DNA of 63,507 bases, filler included, from Octopus bimaculoides (lineage: Eukaryota), in NCBI RefSeq assembly GCF_001194135.2. It is 6 parts of 6 records of this genome, joined end to end, with 100 filler letters (N's around TTAATTAATTAA, not from the genome) between each part and the next. Parts side by side here need not be neighbours in the genome. Positions count along the whole stretch, not along the records: positions 9,098 to 20,612 come from NW_026431833.1; positions 20,713 to 47,616 come from NC_068985.1; 4 more parts are not named here. The stretch is one strand, 5' to 3'. Of this stretch, positions 11,181 through 22,135 are shown piece by piece. Under the pieces are notes generated by a model. The model saw only the letters and a program-made list of their open reading frames with translations, did not search any database and had not been told where the DNA came from. How positions within the stretch are numbered: position 1 is the stretch's first letter; each line of letters begins with the position of its first letter. Made by a program: the position numbers and the translations under genes.

Positions 11181-13344
11181 TGTGTCTTTCAAAGGAATAA
11201 GTATATTGTTTATCCATGAATCCAGTATTAAGTGCTCTTTATATATAGAGAGCTCGATATATATAGTTAATTAAATATAAGAGATCATTAAGAAAAGCTT
11301 TGCACTAGAATTTTGTATTTCATATTTTATTATCAGAATAAAATACCAAGATTATTGTAAGTAAAAAAAATTAAAAAACTTAAAATTAAATTATTTTAAA
11401 TCAAACACATATATTCACAAGATACAGATTATCCATTAAATAAATACTTAGAATTTATCCTCTTGAAACTTGAACCTGTACTCTTAATATATAACTAATT
11501 CACTTTAAATATAATACATTAATTCACTCCATATCAAGTCAATACACAACCATATCTATATTTGCATAAAATATAATCAATAATGGTATATTCTAGTTTT
11601 ATCTCAATAATAATAAAAGCAATAAATAATCACTTTTATTCTCTTGCATTTATGGATTGCACACAGAAGAAGAAATGGATCATAAGAATTCTATCTTTAT
11701 ACACCCATCACGGATTTTTACCACAAATTTATTCTACTTTTTTAGAGTTTTAGCTCAAATTTATACCAACACAAATATATGAATACCAATAATTTTTTAA
11801 ACAACATTTCCCTAATTTGATTTAAAAAGCATTTTCTTCACTCAATTTCCTCCACCGAAATTCATCCTTTCAACTCGATTCTCTGAGTTGCTTATCANNN
11901 NNNNNNNNNNNNNNNNNNNNNNNNNNNNNNNNNNNNNNNNNNNNNNNNNNNNNNNNNNNNNNNNNNNNNNNNNNNNNNNNNNNNNNNNNNNNNNNNNNNN
12001 NNNNNNNNNNNNNNNNNNNNNNNNNNNNNNNNNNNNNNNNNNNNNNNNNNNNNNNNNNNNNNNNNNNNNNNNNNNNNNNNNNNNNNNNNNNNNNNNNNNN
12101 NNNNNNNNNNNNNNNNNNNNNNNNNNNNNNNNNNNNNNNNNNNNNNNNNNNNNNNNNNNNNNNNNNNNNNNNNNNNNNNNNNNNNNNNNNNNNNNNNNNN
12201 NNNNNNNNNNNNNNNNNNNNNNNNNNNNNNNNNNNNNNNNNNNNNNNNNNNNNNNNNNNNNNNNNNNNNNNNNNNNNNNNNNNNNNNNNNNNNNNNNNNN
12301 NNNNNNNNNNNNNNNNNNNNNNNNNNNNNNNNNNNNNNNNNNNNNNNNNNNNNNNNNNNNNNNNNNNNNNNNNNNNNNNNNNNNNNNNNNNNNNNNNNNN
12401 NNNNNNNNNNNNNNNNNNNNNNNNNNNNNNNNNNNNNNNNNNNNNNNNNNNNNNNNNNNNNNNNNNNNNNNNNNNNNNNNNNNNNNNNNNNNNNNNNNNN
12501 NNNNNNNNNNTATATAATATTTTATTAAAGCTGAAATAAAATTCACAAACTGTTAATATAGGCTGGCAATGAAATTTTATAAAGTGTGAGTACATATAAA
12601 ATTATTTATGGCTAATAGTTCAGCAAATAGGCATTTAAATTTGACTGGATAACTAATTAAAAAAAATATTAATTGGATGCAAGTAGGAATTGACCATAGT
12701 GGAGAAATAAATACAAGCAACAGTTGAATTGCAAAACTTTTTGCAAAAGTGAGTGAAAAATAGAATATGCCAAGAATAAGAAAATGCAAAGAATTAAAAC
12801 CATTATAATAGCAGTAAGCCAAAAAAATTAAAATTAAAGCTTAAAAGCTATAGTTGCAAGTAAAATAAATGTGTGTGTGTGTGTGTGTGTGTGTTACCAT
12901 CTCTTTGTCTTGACATTACGTAGAGTGTCATCAGCTGGTCACAGGCAATGCAGTCAATGGAAGTTCTTCCATGCTGTTCTACAGAGGATTAATGTTCACA
13001 TGGAAACTCTGAATATGAATATCAACTGGTTGTTCTGTTCAGGAATGCTTTCAGTCTAGGTACTATGGACAACTTCCAGAAATTCCAAAAGTGAAGAAAG
13101 ATGCATTGACACTATAACTGAGATACAACTTAGTTTATTAGGGATTGTCTTATAGATACATTTTGCTGGACACTTGGTAGAGCTTTCCGTTCAGGAAAGA
13201 AGCTATAATCTGAAATAAATTAACAACAGCACAATACTATGGAAAGTTATCAGAGCTTAACCCCATTGAAGTAGAAGAGCATAAACTTGTCAGTGGTGCA
13301 AATAAATAAGCAGTTAAATTAGAAAAAAATAAATCATGGCTTAC

Positions 13345-13505
13345 CTAAAGAAACTTTTTTAATGCCATTAAAAATTGACTGATGTCTGGAAAAGCCTGCA
13401 ATGGCCACTTCCACTTTATCTAAATGATACTGGCAAGTTAAATCTTCAAAGCTCTCCACATATTCTTTTGCAACACAGACAATTATTTTCTGTACCCAAG
13501 GAATT
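13345..13505 (-). CDS. CRPPA: Internal coding exon of a CRPPA/ISPD homologue (CDP-L-ribitol pyrophosphorylase, IspD-family cytidylyltransferase)
   Basis: Bounded by ctttggcttttatttctAG and G|GTAAG. The 161 nt read (R)IPWVQKIIVCVAKEYVESFEDLTCQYHLDKVEVAIAGFSRHQSIFNGIKKVSL. This aligns by eye with human CRPPA RVCWIKDIVVAV...[21 protein letters not shown] (recalled). The phase-2 start within the Arg codon matches the vertebrate exon1/2 junction as I recall it. Other exons were not found. Confidence 0.85.
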
Positions 13506-13959
13506 CTAGAAATAAAAGCCAAAGACATCATATGTGTGTGTGTGAGTGTATATATATATATATATATATATAGCTGATATAGATATGAGTTAGTTAAATT
13601 CTTCACTCATGCTCCACATCCTACTGAGAAATTGGGAAACAGAGTAAAAAAGAAATACAAAGAGAGTTAACATACAATGTGCATGATGCATACACAAGCT
13701 TGGCTTGATGGCAGGCAATGAGTAAAGGAACACTACACACACACTCACACAGTAAGAGAGGAGCAATGATTGAGACAGCAAAGGCGAGAAAGTAAATGAC
13801 AGTAATTATGGGAGGTGTTATATTGAATTGAATGGCAGATAAATATGCACATAATGCACGTGTGAAACAAAAGGAGTTGAATTAAATGCCTAAATGGCAC
13901 ATATGCATATTGTGCATATAGCTTTGAATACACATTATTATGAAAAATACATTTCATAG

Positions 13960-14130
13960 TTTATCTTTTACTTGTTTCAGTCACTGGACTGCATCCATGT
14001 TGGAACAGTACATTGGAAGTCTTAGTCAAACAAATCAATTTCAGTACTTACTTGTCTGGTACTAATACTATACTTAGTTGCTGAACAACTAAGTTACAAG
14101 AACATAAACAAATTAACAGAAATCATCAAG
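13960..14130 (-). mobile_element. SINE family A 3' tail, diverged
   Basis: cttttacttgtttcagtcactggactgcatccatgttggaaca is similar to the family A tail. Confidence 0.7.
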
Positions 14131-14719
14131 CTACATTTACAGCCATGTTCATGCTGTATGGATGGTTATAAAAAATTTTTTTTCCAAGTTTGGTTCAGTA
14201 TATTGTTCTTAAAATTGGATCTTTGTAAGGAGGCATCGCTACACAGGGCTATTTTTTGAAGGTTGTTTCATCAGAGGATATATTGGAAACACTAAATACT
14301 ACAAATTGCTTAATTATTGATGGCAGATAGTCAGAGTCTCTATCAATGTAAGAAGTACCCTCAAAAGGTACCTGTTGATTTCTGAAATTTTCCATGCTCA
14401 CATAAATATCACAAGATCTTTACTTGAAACATGGTTAAAGTTTATTATAGTTAGGAGAGTATTGTAGTTCACTTGAAGCATTGTGCATTGTTTGTAAAGA
14501 ATAAAACGTTTTGAATGGTACAACAAGGCTTGATGATCTTTAACCACAATAAGAATGGTAACAATAGGAACACCCCACATATATCTTGTCCTGTAGATTC
14601 CTCAGTTACTGTCTTTTGAATATGTGCCTGGAAAAAGAACAATTTACAAGACCGATATCACTGACATAAATGAGACCACAAAAGCTGACGTTGGAATGAC
14701 TGGAAATGCTTTCAGGAAA

Positions 14720-14990
14720 AATACCTGCAGCACCTAACTTTATTTACAGATAGAAATAAAAGACATGCAACAGCTTTTTCCAATATGGTATGAAACCTTA
14801 GAAAAAGGAGCATGGACAACCTCCAAATAAACAAGAGCATCATAGCTAAGGCCAGCAAATATAAAGGATGAGAAGCATATGCAATCTCTGTATTGCAGAG
14901 AAATTAAATACTATAACTTCAACAGTGAACATTTGCTTACACAAACAACGATTTAAACTGAAAAATATCAAGCATCACTCACTGTTAACC
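14720..14990 (+). mobile_element. Penelope-like GIY-YIG C-terminal fragment
   Basis: SIIAKASKYKG*..CNLCIAEKLNTI resembles the W-S-I-x-x-x-A-x-x-Y..CxLCxxEK end of Penelope ORFs. Confidence 0.65.
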
Positions 14991-15040
14991 TCACCATCTA
15001 TTCAGCAAAGATAAATTTAATATATAATAGATATCATGTT

Positions 15041-15280
15041 AGGCATAGCTATGTGGTAAGAGGTCTGCTTGCAATCCACATGGTTCCAGGTTCAGTCCAC
15101 TGCATAGCACCTTGGGTAAGTGTCTTTTACAATAACCTCAGGATGACCAAAGTCTTGTGAGTGGATTTGGAAAACAGAAGCTGAAGGAAGCCCATTGTAT
15201 ATGTGTGTGTCTCCTCTCTACTGCTTACAACTGGTGTTGGTGTGTTTATGTTCCTGTACTTAGCAGGAAGTCATGCTTGA
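15041..15280 (+). mobile_element. SINE family A, diverged
   Basis: aggcatagctatgtggtaagaggtctgcttgc..ggttccaggttcagtccactgc..caccttgggtaagtgtc..gtgagtggatttgg. Confidence 0.85.
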
Positions 15281-16091
15281 ATTCTAAGCTGTACACACAT
15301 ATAAAACATAAAAGATATCATTCAATTCAATTTGCAAAATATGCATTCATAAACTTGTAAATGTTTAAAACCTTGGTAAACCTACAAAATAATTTGTCTA
15401 CAGCTGTACATTCATCCACAAAAGTGCAGGTATGTGACATATGAGTGTTTGTTGTACACATTTATATAAGAATCATACAGTGCAATTAAACTATGCTGAC
15501 TGTAAGATCAACAAATATTTTACCAATCTCCAACAACACTTACAAAAAAAAAAAAAAAAGTCTAATACAAGAGAAATAACTTAAGTTTGTAAAAGAGTAA
15601 CCTCCCTTCCCCTGTTTATCTGAAAACCAAAGCACTATTTAAAGTTCCTTAAAATCTTGTATAATCTCACATAGTCTCATTGAACATAGAGACAGATTAC
15701 CAACATTCTGAAGTGGAACATTTGACAATTGTGAATTGCCTTCCATGAAACTATTGATAGCACTGTTAATCCAGAAATAAAGAGCATACATACGAAGATA
15801 CATACAGCAAGGGAAAGAGAGAGATAGATAGATAGATAGATAAACAGACAGAGAGAGAGAGAGAAAAGTTTATTTTCACATAGGAAAGAATATAGGAGGA
15901 TCAGTTTTGGAAATGAAAATGCTCCTGAGTCTCAAAATGAATTGCAGATTTTAAAATTTTCTAGTCTAGATTAGAAACAGCATAAATAAATCAAAATTTG
16001 AGGTAACAAGTTCCCTCCACGGTTCAAAACCCTAACTTTAACTGACTGTACAGTACACATTACACTTTTACAATACTTTTGCTGATGTTCT

Positions 16092-16250
16092 AGGATTTAC
16101 CATTATTTACATTTGGCGGATATTTGTCCTCATCTTGTTTGTTGTTAACACAATATTTCAGCTGATATACCCTCCAGCCTTCATCAGGTGTCTTGGGGAA
16201 ATTTTGAACCTGGGTTCTCATTCCTAAGGTATTTTTTGATATTATTATTA
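16092..16250 (-). mobile_element. Hammerhead-tail repeat family (family H), tail copy
   Basis: Reverse complement of aaaaataccttaggaatgagaacccaggttcaaaatttccccaagacacctgatgaaggctggagggtatatcagc-gaaa..gtgttaacaacaaacaagatgaggacaaatatcc; homologous to 22140-22320. Confidence 0.9.
16147..16192 (-). ncRNA. Minimal type I hammerhead ribozyme motif with intact CUGAUGA/GAAA/UH core
   Basis: GACAC-CTGATGA-A-GGCTG-GAGGGTATAT-CAGCT-GAAA-TA-TT-GTGTT. Stem I GACAC/GTGTT, stem II GGCTG/CAGCT, loopless palindromic stem III (AATATT). Confidence 0.75.
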
Positions 16251-16254
16251 TTCA

Positions 16255-16445
16255 TCATCATCATCGTTTAACGTCCGCTTTCCATGCTAGCATGGGTTGG
16301 ACGATTTGACTGAGGACTGGTGAAACCAGATGGCAACACCAGGCTCCAATCTGATTTGGCAGAGTTTCTACAGCTGGATGCCCTTCCTAACGCCAACCAC
16401 TCCGAGAGTGTAGTGGGTGCTTTTACGTGTCACCTGCACGAAGGC
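16255..16445 (-). mobile_element. Family B SINE/LINE tail ending in (GAT)n
   Basis: catcatcgtttaacgtccgctttccatgctagcatgggttggacgatttgactgagg..gtgtagtgggtgc; nearly identical to 18792-19006. Confidence 0.9.
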
Positions 16446-17198
16446 CAGAACTGTAGGATTTACCAATTAGATTTTCTTTAGGATCAAAACTGGACGCATA
16501 GGTTAAAGAAAATAAACAAATGATACCTTCAACTGGTCATCAATAAAACAAGTAACATTTTAAGGGAATCAGCAAACCAGAACACTGGACAATTAATTAT
16601 CAGACAAAAATAAGTGACTAAAACAGTTGAAAAGCAAATGACATACAAAAAAAAAAAAAAAATCAACCAACAAGAGTGCTGGACTACTACTACAAGTGAT
16701 CAGAACAGTTAACAAATAAATGGTGCCACCAGGAGGTCAATCAACCAGAGTGCTAGACTACTGCTGAACCAGAATATATCACCAGTATATTATCAGTTGG
16801 AAAGAGAGAGAAGAAAGGAGAGAGTGAGAGAGTGAGTGAAAGAGAAGATATTGGTGAAAATGTGTTAGGGCATACCTTCAAGGTACAGGGAGCTGAATAC
16901 AATTGAAATGGTTTAGAGAACTGGACAGGGTGAGGAATGCAGTGAGTGGTGAATATGAGTGGAGGGGTTCAGGATAAAATTACAATTCTGTAGTATACAG
17001 GGAATGCATCACTAATGACAAAGTCATTATTGCTGTATATAAAAAAGTGTATGTTCAAAAGGCAATTAAATTTACTAGTAGGAAAAATATATGTATATAT
17101 ACATGCACACATGCACTCAAAAAATGTATGCAGACACACATGTACGGATCTATTCATATGAATATACACACAACACATATAAATGCATACATTCACAC

Positions 17199-17363
17199 AC
17201 ATGTATGGATCAAAATAGGGTGATTCAAATTCGTTGGTACTCTTGAGTTTCAAGCATGATGCTAGTCAGCCATTTCAAATTCAAAATGGCTGAATGCTAG
17301 CATCACGCTTGAAACTCAAGAGTACCAACGAATTTGAATCAGACTGTTTTGATCCATTCATGT
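17199..17363. repeat. Near-perfect palindrome (about 76-bp arms); related single arm at about 2005-2075
   Basis: acatgtatggatcaaaata..gattcaaattcgttggtactcttgagtttcaagc..gctagtcagccattt is mirrored by aaatggctgaatgctagc..gcttgaaactcaagagtaccaacgaatttgaatc..ttttgatccattcatgt. Confidence 0.92.
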
Positions 17364-18399
17364 AACTCCCAATAAATTGGTTGAGTGCCCTTCTTTTGTT
17401 TATCCACTCACTAGTGTATATATATATCTTTATCTTATGATATTTACTTTGTTTTATATTATACTCATTTATTGTGCTTTTAATTATTAATTTTTCTATA
17501 TGTGATAGTGGATTTTCATCGATGAGTTCTTGAAACTTGATTCTTTTCCCTAAAACTATATATTTTTATATATATTATAATTTATAAAGCTTAATTTAAT
17601 TAATTTTTTTTATAAATTGATTGTAATTGAGTTTTTACCTGTAATTTTGGATTTTGTCCCTNNNNNNNNNNNNNNNNNNNNNNNNNNNNNNNNNNNNNNN
17701 NNNNNNNNNNNNNNNNNNNNNNNNNNNNNNNNNNNNNNNNNNNNNNNNNNNNNNNNNNNNNNNNNNNNNNNNNNNNNNNNNNNNNNNNNNNNNNNNNNNN
17801 NNNNNNNNNNNNNNNNNNNNNNNNNNNNNNNNNNNNNNNNNNNNNNNNNNNNNNNNNNNNNNNNNNNNNNNNNNNNNNNNNNNNNNNNNNNNNNNNTATA
17901 TATATATATATATATGTATGTATGTACTTATGTATACCTGTCATTGATTGGGTAATTACTTTTACTGTTTCTCAGGCCAAGAAGCTAGAAAAATGGGTAT
18001 ATCACATAGAATAGCTTTACAGAACCCAGTTGACTGTGATGGCACTGAAAAGGCTGCAGGTCAAGTGGAACATCAATGTTCATATAGAAAAAGCATTGCA
18101 CATCATGCATTTGGTGTTCGTTTTTTGACGCCCTTTTTTGGTAAACATTTTTTTGATTAGGAATATCAGTAAGTGATAATGAAATGAAATTACCAATGCT
18201 GTGTCCTGTCAATGTTAGTGCTGAAATTCCAACGCTATATTACAGGAGTGGAAGGCAAGGCAACAGTAAGTAATAGTACAAATGCTGTGTTCTGTCAGTC
18301 AGATTTAGGTTTACTCAACCTGTATGTGTGTATTATATAAGAGAAAAACATATAACAATAATTGAAGTAGAAAAAAGATGGATTTCATATATGAACTTC

Positions 18400-18720
18400 T
18401 GTTTGTTCTTCAAGTTGCAATCCAACAACTTTTAGTGTTTGGCCTTGACTTTTAGTAATGCTCATGGCAAAATAAAGTGGGATAGGAAAATGTAAGGGCT
18501 TAAATTTGAATGGGACATTAGATGGTATAATTAGTATGCGAGGAACGAAGAGTATCACATTTATCAGAACCAGTGAGAATATTTGCCTCAATGCAGCTCA
18601 TCATAGGTTTGTGCACAATTAGTGTTGCCTCCCTTTCATGCGATGTTTATCACAACCAATGAGAATATTTGTCTCAGTGCAGTTGGTCATAGGTTTGTGT
18701 ACAATTAGTGTTGCCTCCTG
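18400..18720 (-). mobile_element. Helitron RepHel (Pif1-type helicase) C-terminal fragment with a 74-bp internal duplication
   Basis: IEANILTG..FVPRILIIPSNVPFKFKPLHFPIPLYFAMSITKSQGQTLKVVGLQL matches the IPRIPL..QFPVRLAFAMTINKSQGQ motif. The duplicate units are 18559-18632 and 18645-18718. Confidence 0.88.
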
Positions 18721-18791
18721 GAACCTTTTACTTTGGACTTTGTGAGTCAAACAAACACACAAACAGACAGAAACTCTCTTTTATATATATA

Positions 18792-19006
18792 TCATCATCA
18801 TCATCATCATCGTTTAACGTCCGCTTTCCATGCTAGCATGGGTTGGACGATTTGACTGAGGACTGGTGAAACCGGATGGCAACACCAGGCTCCAGTCTGA
18901 TTTGGCAGAGTTTCTACAGCTGGATGCCCTTCCTAACGCCAACCACTCAGAGAGTGTAGTGGGTGCTTTTACGTGTCACCCGCACGAAAACGGCCACGCT
19001 CGAAAT
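18792..19006 (-). mobile_element. Family B SINE/LINE tail, runs into a gap
   Basis: (CAT)n followed by the same sequence as 16255-16445. Confidence 0.9.
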
Positions 19007-19224
19007 NNNNNNNNNNNNNNNNNNNNNNNNNNNNNNNNNNNNNNNNNNNNNNNNNNNNNNNNNNNNNNNNNNNNNNNNNNNNNNNNNNNNNNNNNNNNNN
19101 NNNNNNNNNNNNNNNNNNNNNNNNNNNNNNNNNNNNNNNNNNNNNNNNNNNNNNNNNNNNNNNNNNNNNNNNNNNNNNNNNNNNNNNNNNNNNNNNNNNN
19201 NNNNNNNNNNNNNNNNNNNNNNNC

Positions 19225-19265
<41 letters not shown>

Positions 19266-19267
19266 CA

Positions 19268-20277
19268 CAGGGTGTCCCAAAATCAAGTTAAAGTTTTGGG
19301 CTTTAATAACTATTAAGAAATGTGACAAGATACGAAAATTATGCACCATTATAAAAGGTTAGTGTGTCTTTTTTTTTGTTTCAGACAAAATAAATTCAGA
19401 TTTATAAATTAGATAATGGCTATAGACTGAAATACAATCATAACCTTCCACAAAGGAGGCAAAATCTATAGCAAAAAAAGCTTAAAATTAACCAAACAAC
19501 AGTCTGGGAAATTGTCAAGAAATTTTAAGAGGCTGGTTCCACCATTGATCAACCTGGACATGACCTATCAAAAGTACCAGAGAAAAGATACAGCAAAATC
19601 CTCGTTGTTCCATCAGAAGACTGGCTGCCACGGCAAAAATAAGCCATACATTGATCTATCAAGTGCTGAAGGAGAATCAAAGGACCCAGCTCTCCAAAAT
19701 GATCCACCATCATGAGCTCATGCCAGTTTATAAGGCCATGAGACTGGAGAGAAGTTGACTTATCCTGTGTCAGATTGCGGAAGGCACATAGCCCAACCTG
19801 GTGTTTATTAATGAAAAGAAATTTGACAATGAACAGGCAGTAAACCATCAGAATGACTGACTTTGGAGAGTGTCTGGCTCTGTCAAGGGTAGACGCATAA
19901 ATTAATATCAAAATTCACAGTCAATTATGGTTTAAGTGGCTGTTACAGCCACTGAAAAGTCTGCCCTTGTTTTTGTGCCATCGGGTGTTAGATGGGGGTC
20001 TTGAGCACTCCTCATGCGTTGCTCAATGATCTGAAGGCAAAACTGCACCATGAATGGGCTTCGATTCCACAAGGACAGCTGCATGACATGTGTGAAGCAT
20101 TTGCATCTAGACTTAATACTGTGATTTGAACCAGAGGTGATTATATCAAATAAATGTGGTAGTGTCATAATTCTGTTTCTTTTACCATTGCATTGCAACA
20201 CTTAGACCAAAATTATAACAATATTTTGCTTTGGCAAAGTTGAAAAAAGTTGGTTGCCTTAATTTTGGGATGCCCTG
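19268..20277 (+). mobile_element. Tc1/mariner-superfamily transposon (DD37D/maT-like), internally deleted, non-autonomous
   Basis: TIRs CAGGGTGTCCCAAAAT / ATTTTGGGATGCCCTG with TA on the right. Decayed transposase: PNLVFINEKKFDNEQAVNHQND, SIMV*VAVTATEKSALVFVPSGV, then directly LKAKLHHEWASIPQ..CEAFASRLNTVI*TRGDYIK. The subfamily call is from recalled similarity. Confidence 0.85.
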
Positions 20278-20392
20278 TATATACATATACATACATGCTA
20301 TATCATATATATACCATACAAAGTCATATTTAGCATATATCTGTGTGTGTGTGTGCATGTATACACACATACATACAATATAGAAATATGTA

Positions 20393-20612
20393 TAGGCGTG
20401 GCTGTGTGATAAGAAGCTTGCTTCCTAATCACATGGTTCTGAGTTCACTCCCACTGCATGGTACTTTGAGCAAGTGTCTTCTACTACAGCTCTGAGCCGA
20501 CCAAAGCTTTATGAGTGGATCTGGTAGACGGAAACTGAAAGAAGCCCATTGTATATATACATATATATATAGGCACAGGAGTAGCTGTGTGGTAAGTAGC
20601 TTGCTTACTAAC
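20393..20612 (+). mobile_element. SINE family A 5' half plus a second head truncated by the spacer
   Basis: aggcgtggctgtgtgataagaagcttgcttcctaatcacatggttctgagttcactcccactgc..; second head ggagtagctgtgtggtaagtagcttgc. Confidence 0.88.
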
Positions 20613-21109
20613 NNNNNNNNNNNNNNNNNNNNNNNNNNNNNNNNNNNNNNNNNNNNTTAATTAATTAANNNNNNNNNNNNNNNNNNNNNNNNNNNNNNNN
20701 NNNNNNNNNNNNTATATATCTTCATCAAAGAAGCGGGAAATACTTCCGGGTTGTTTTTGGGTTGGTAAAATACAATGCCTCAAAAATCAGACGTGCTGTT
20801 ACGATCTGGTACGTTAATACAATGATGGTGGTTAAAACGGGTTTGATGAATCTGTTTATTTAAAACTAAAATACAAGAAATAGGTCGCTAAATTACAATA
20901 ACCCAACCAAATTTAGTAGTGATTGAGAAAAGATATAGATGATAAGAAATACTGAACATCATGAAGCCGACTGTTTTCCAGATATAACTAGGAGTATTAA
21001 CGTATTCTGTTTTTTTTTAAACAGTAGGATGAGATTTAATTGGTATATAGTGGCTAGTTCTTGCAAAGTATGTGACTATGAATGGGTTCCTATTTTTACT
21101 TTCAAAGCA

Positions 21110-21153
<44 letters not shown>

Positions 21154-21700
21154 GTACATGATATATATCTGTTATAGTATGTGTATATTGGAGGAGTGGT
21201 GTGGTGATAATGCATCTGGCTGTGTGTATCGATATGAATATAAATAGGAATGGCTCCTTAAATGTTCCGTTTAAAATAATTTCAATATACCGTATAATTT
21301 CTAACACCACCACAACTCAAGTATTAGAAAAGATTCCTTTCCTTTCACGAATTGTTCACTAATGCATGATAATATTCACTGAAGCGCACAACTAATGTAT
21401 GTATGAAAGCCCGAGGCAACCCTGATTATTTTGGGTAACTCCATTCTCTTCTTTAAAGCGAAGATATTTCAATTAACTGAAAACACATTAATAGTTAAAC
21501 ACCAGAAACAATAAAGAGGCGTAAATTGTTTTACAGCAGTTTATATCTCAATGAAGTTAAATTGGTTTTCTGTTGTTGATTTTTTTATAGAATCAGAGGG
21601 CTTTTGCAGATGATACACATCCACCACATATGTATGTATGTGTGTACGCGTGTGTGTCAGTGTGTGTTTGCATGTATGCATGTATGTATCTCTCTCTATA

Positions 21701-21785
<85 letters not shown>

Positions 21786-21919
21786 AACAAAGATACGCAT
21801 TTCTATTTTTGGAAAGGAAATAACAAAATATTATAAGTTGAATTTAGAAAACTCTTTCATATTTTTACTGTTCTGCTTACAGATTGTTGTTGTAATCTGC
21901 ATGTTGATTGTAATTTATT

Positions 21920-22098
21920 TACATTACTTACATTTGACGGGTATTTGTCCTCATCTTCTTTGTTGTTAATACAATGTTTTGGTTGATATACCCACGGACA
22001 TATGGCATAGTGGTTAAGGGCACGGGGTGCTAACACCGAGATTCCAAGTTCGATTCCAAGCAGTGACCTGAATGATAATAATAATATTAATAATAATG

Positions 22099-22135
<37 letters not shown>

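Noticed and set aside
21994-22070. tRNA gene
   Set aside because: Has A/B boxes but no complete cloverleaf and is embedded in a repeated element, so it is treated as a SINE head. The same applies to the family A, D and E heads.
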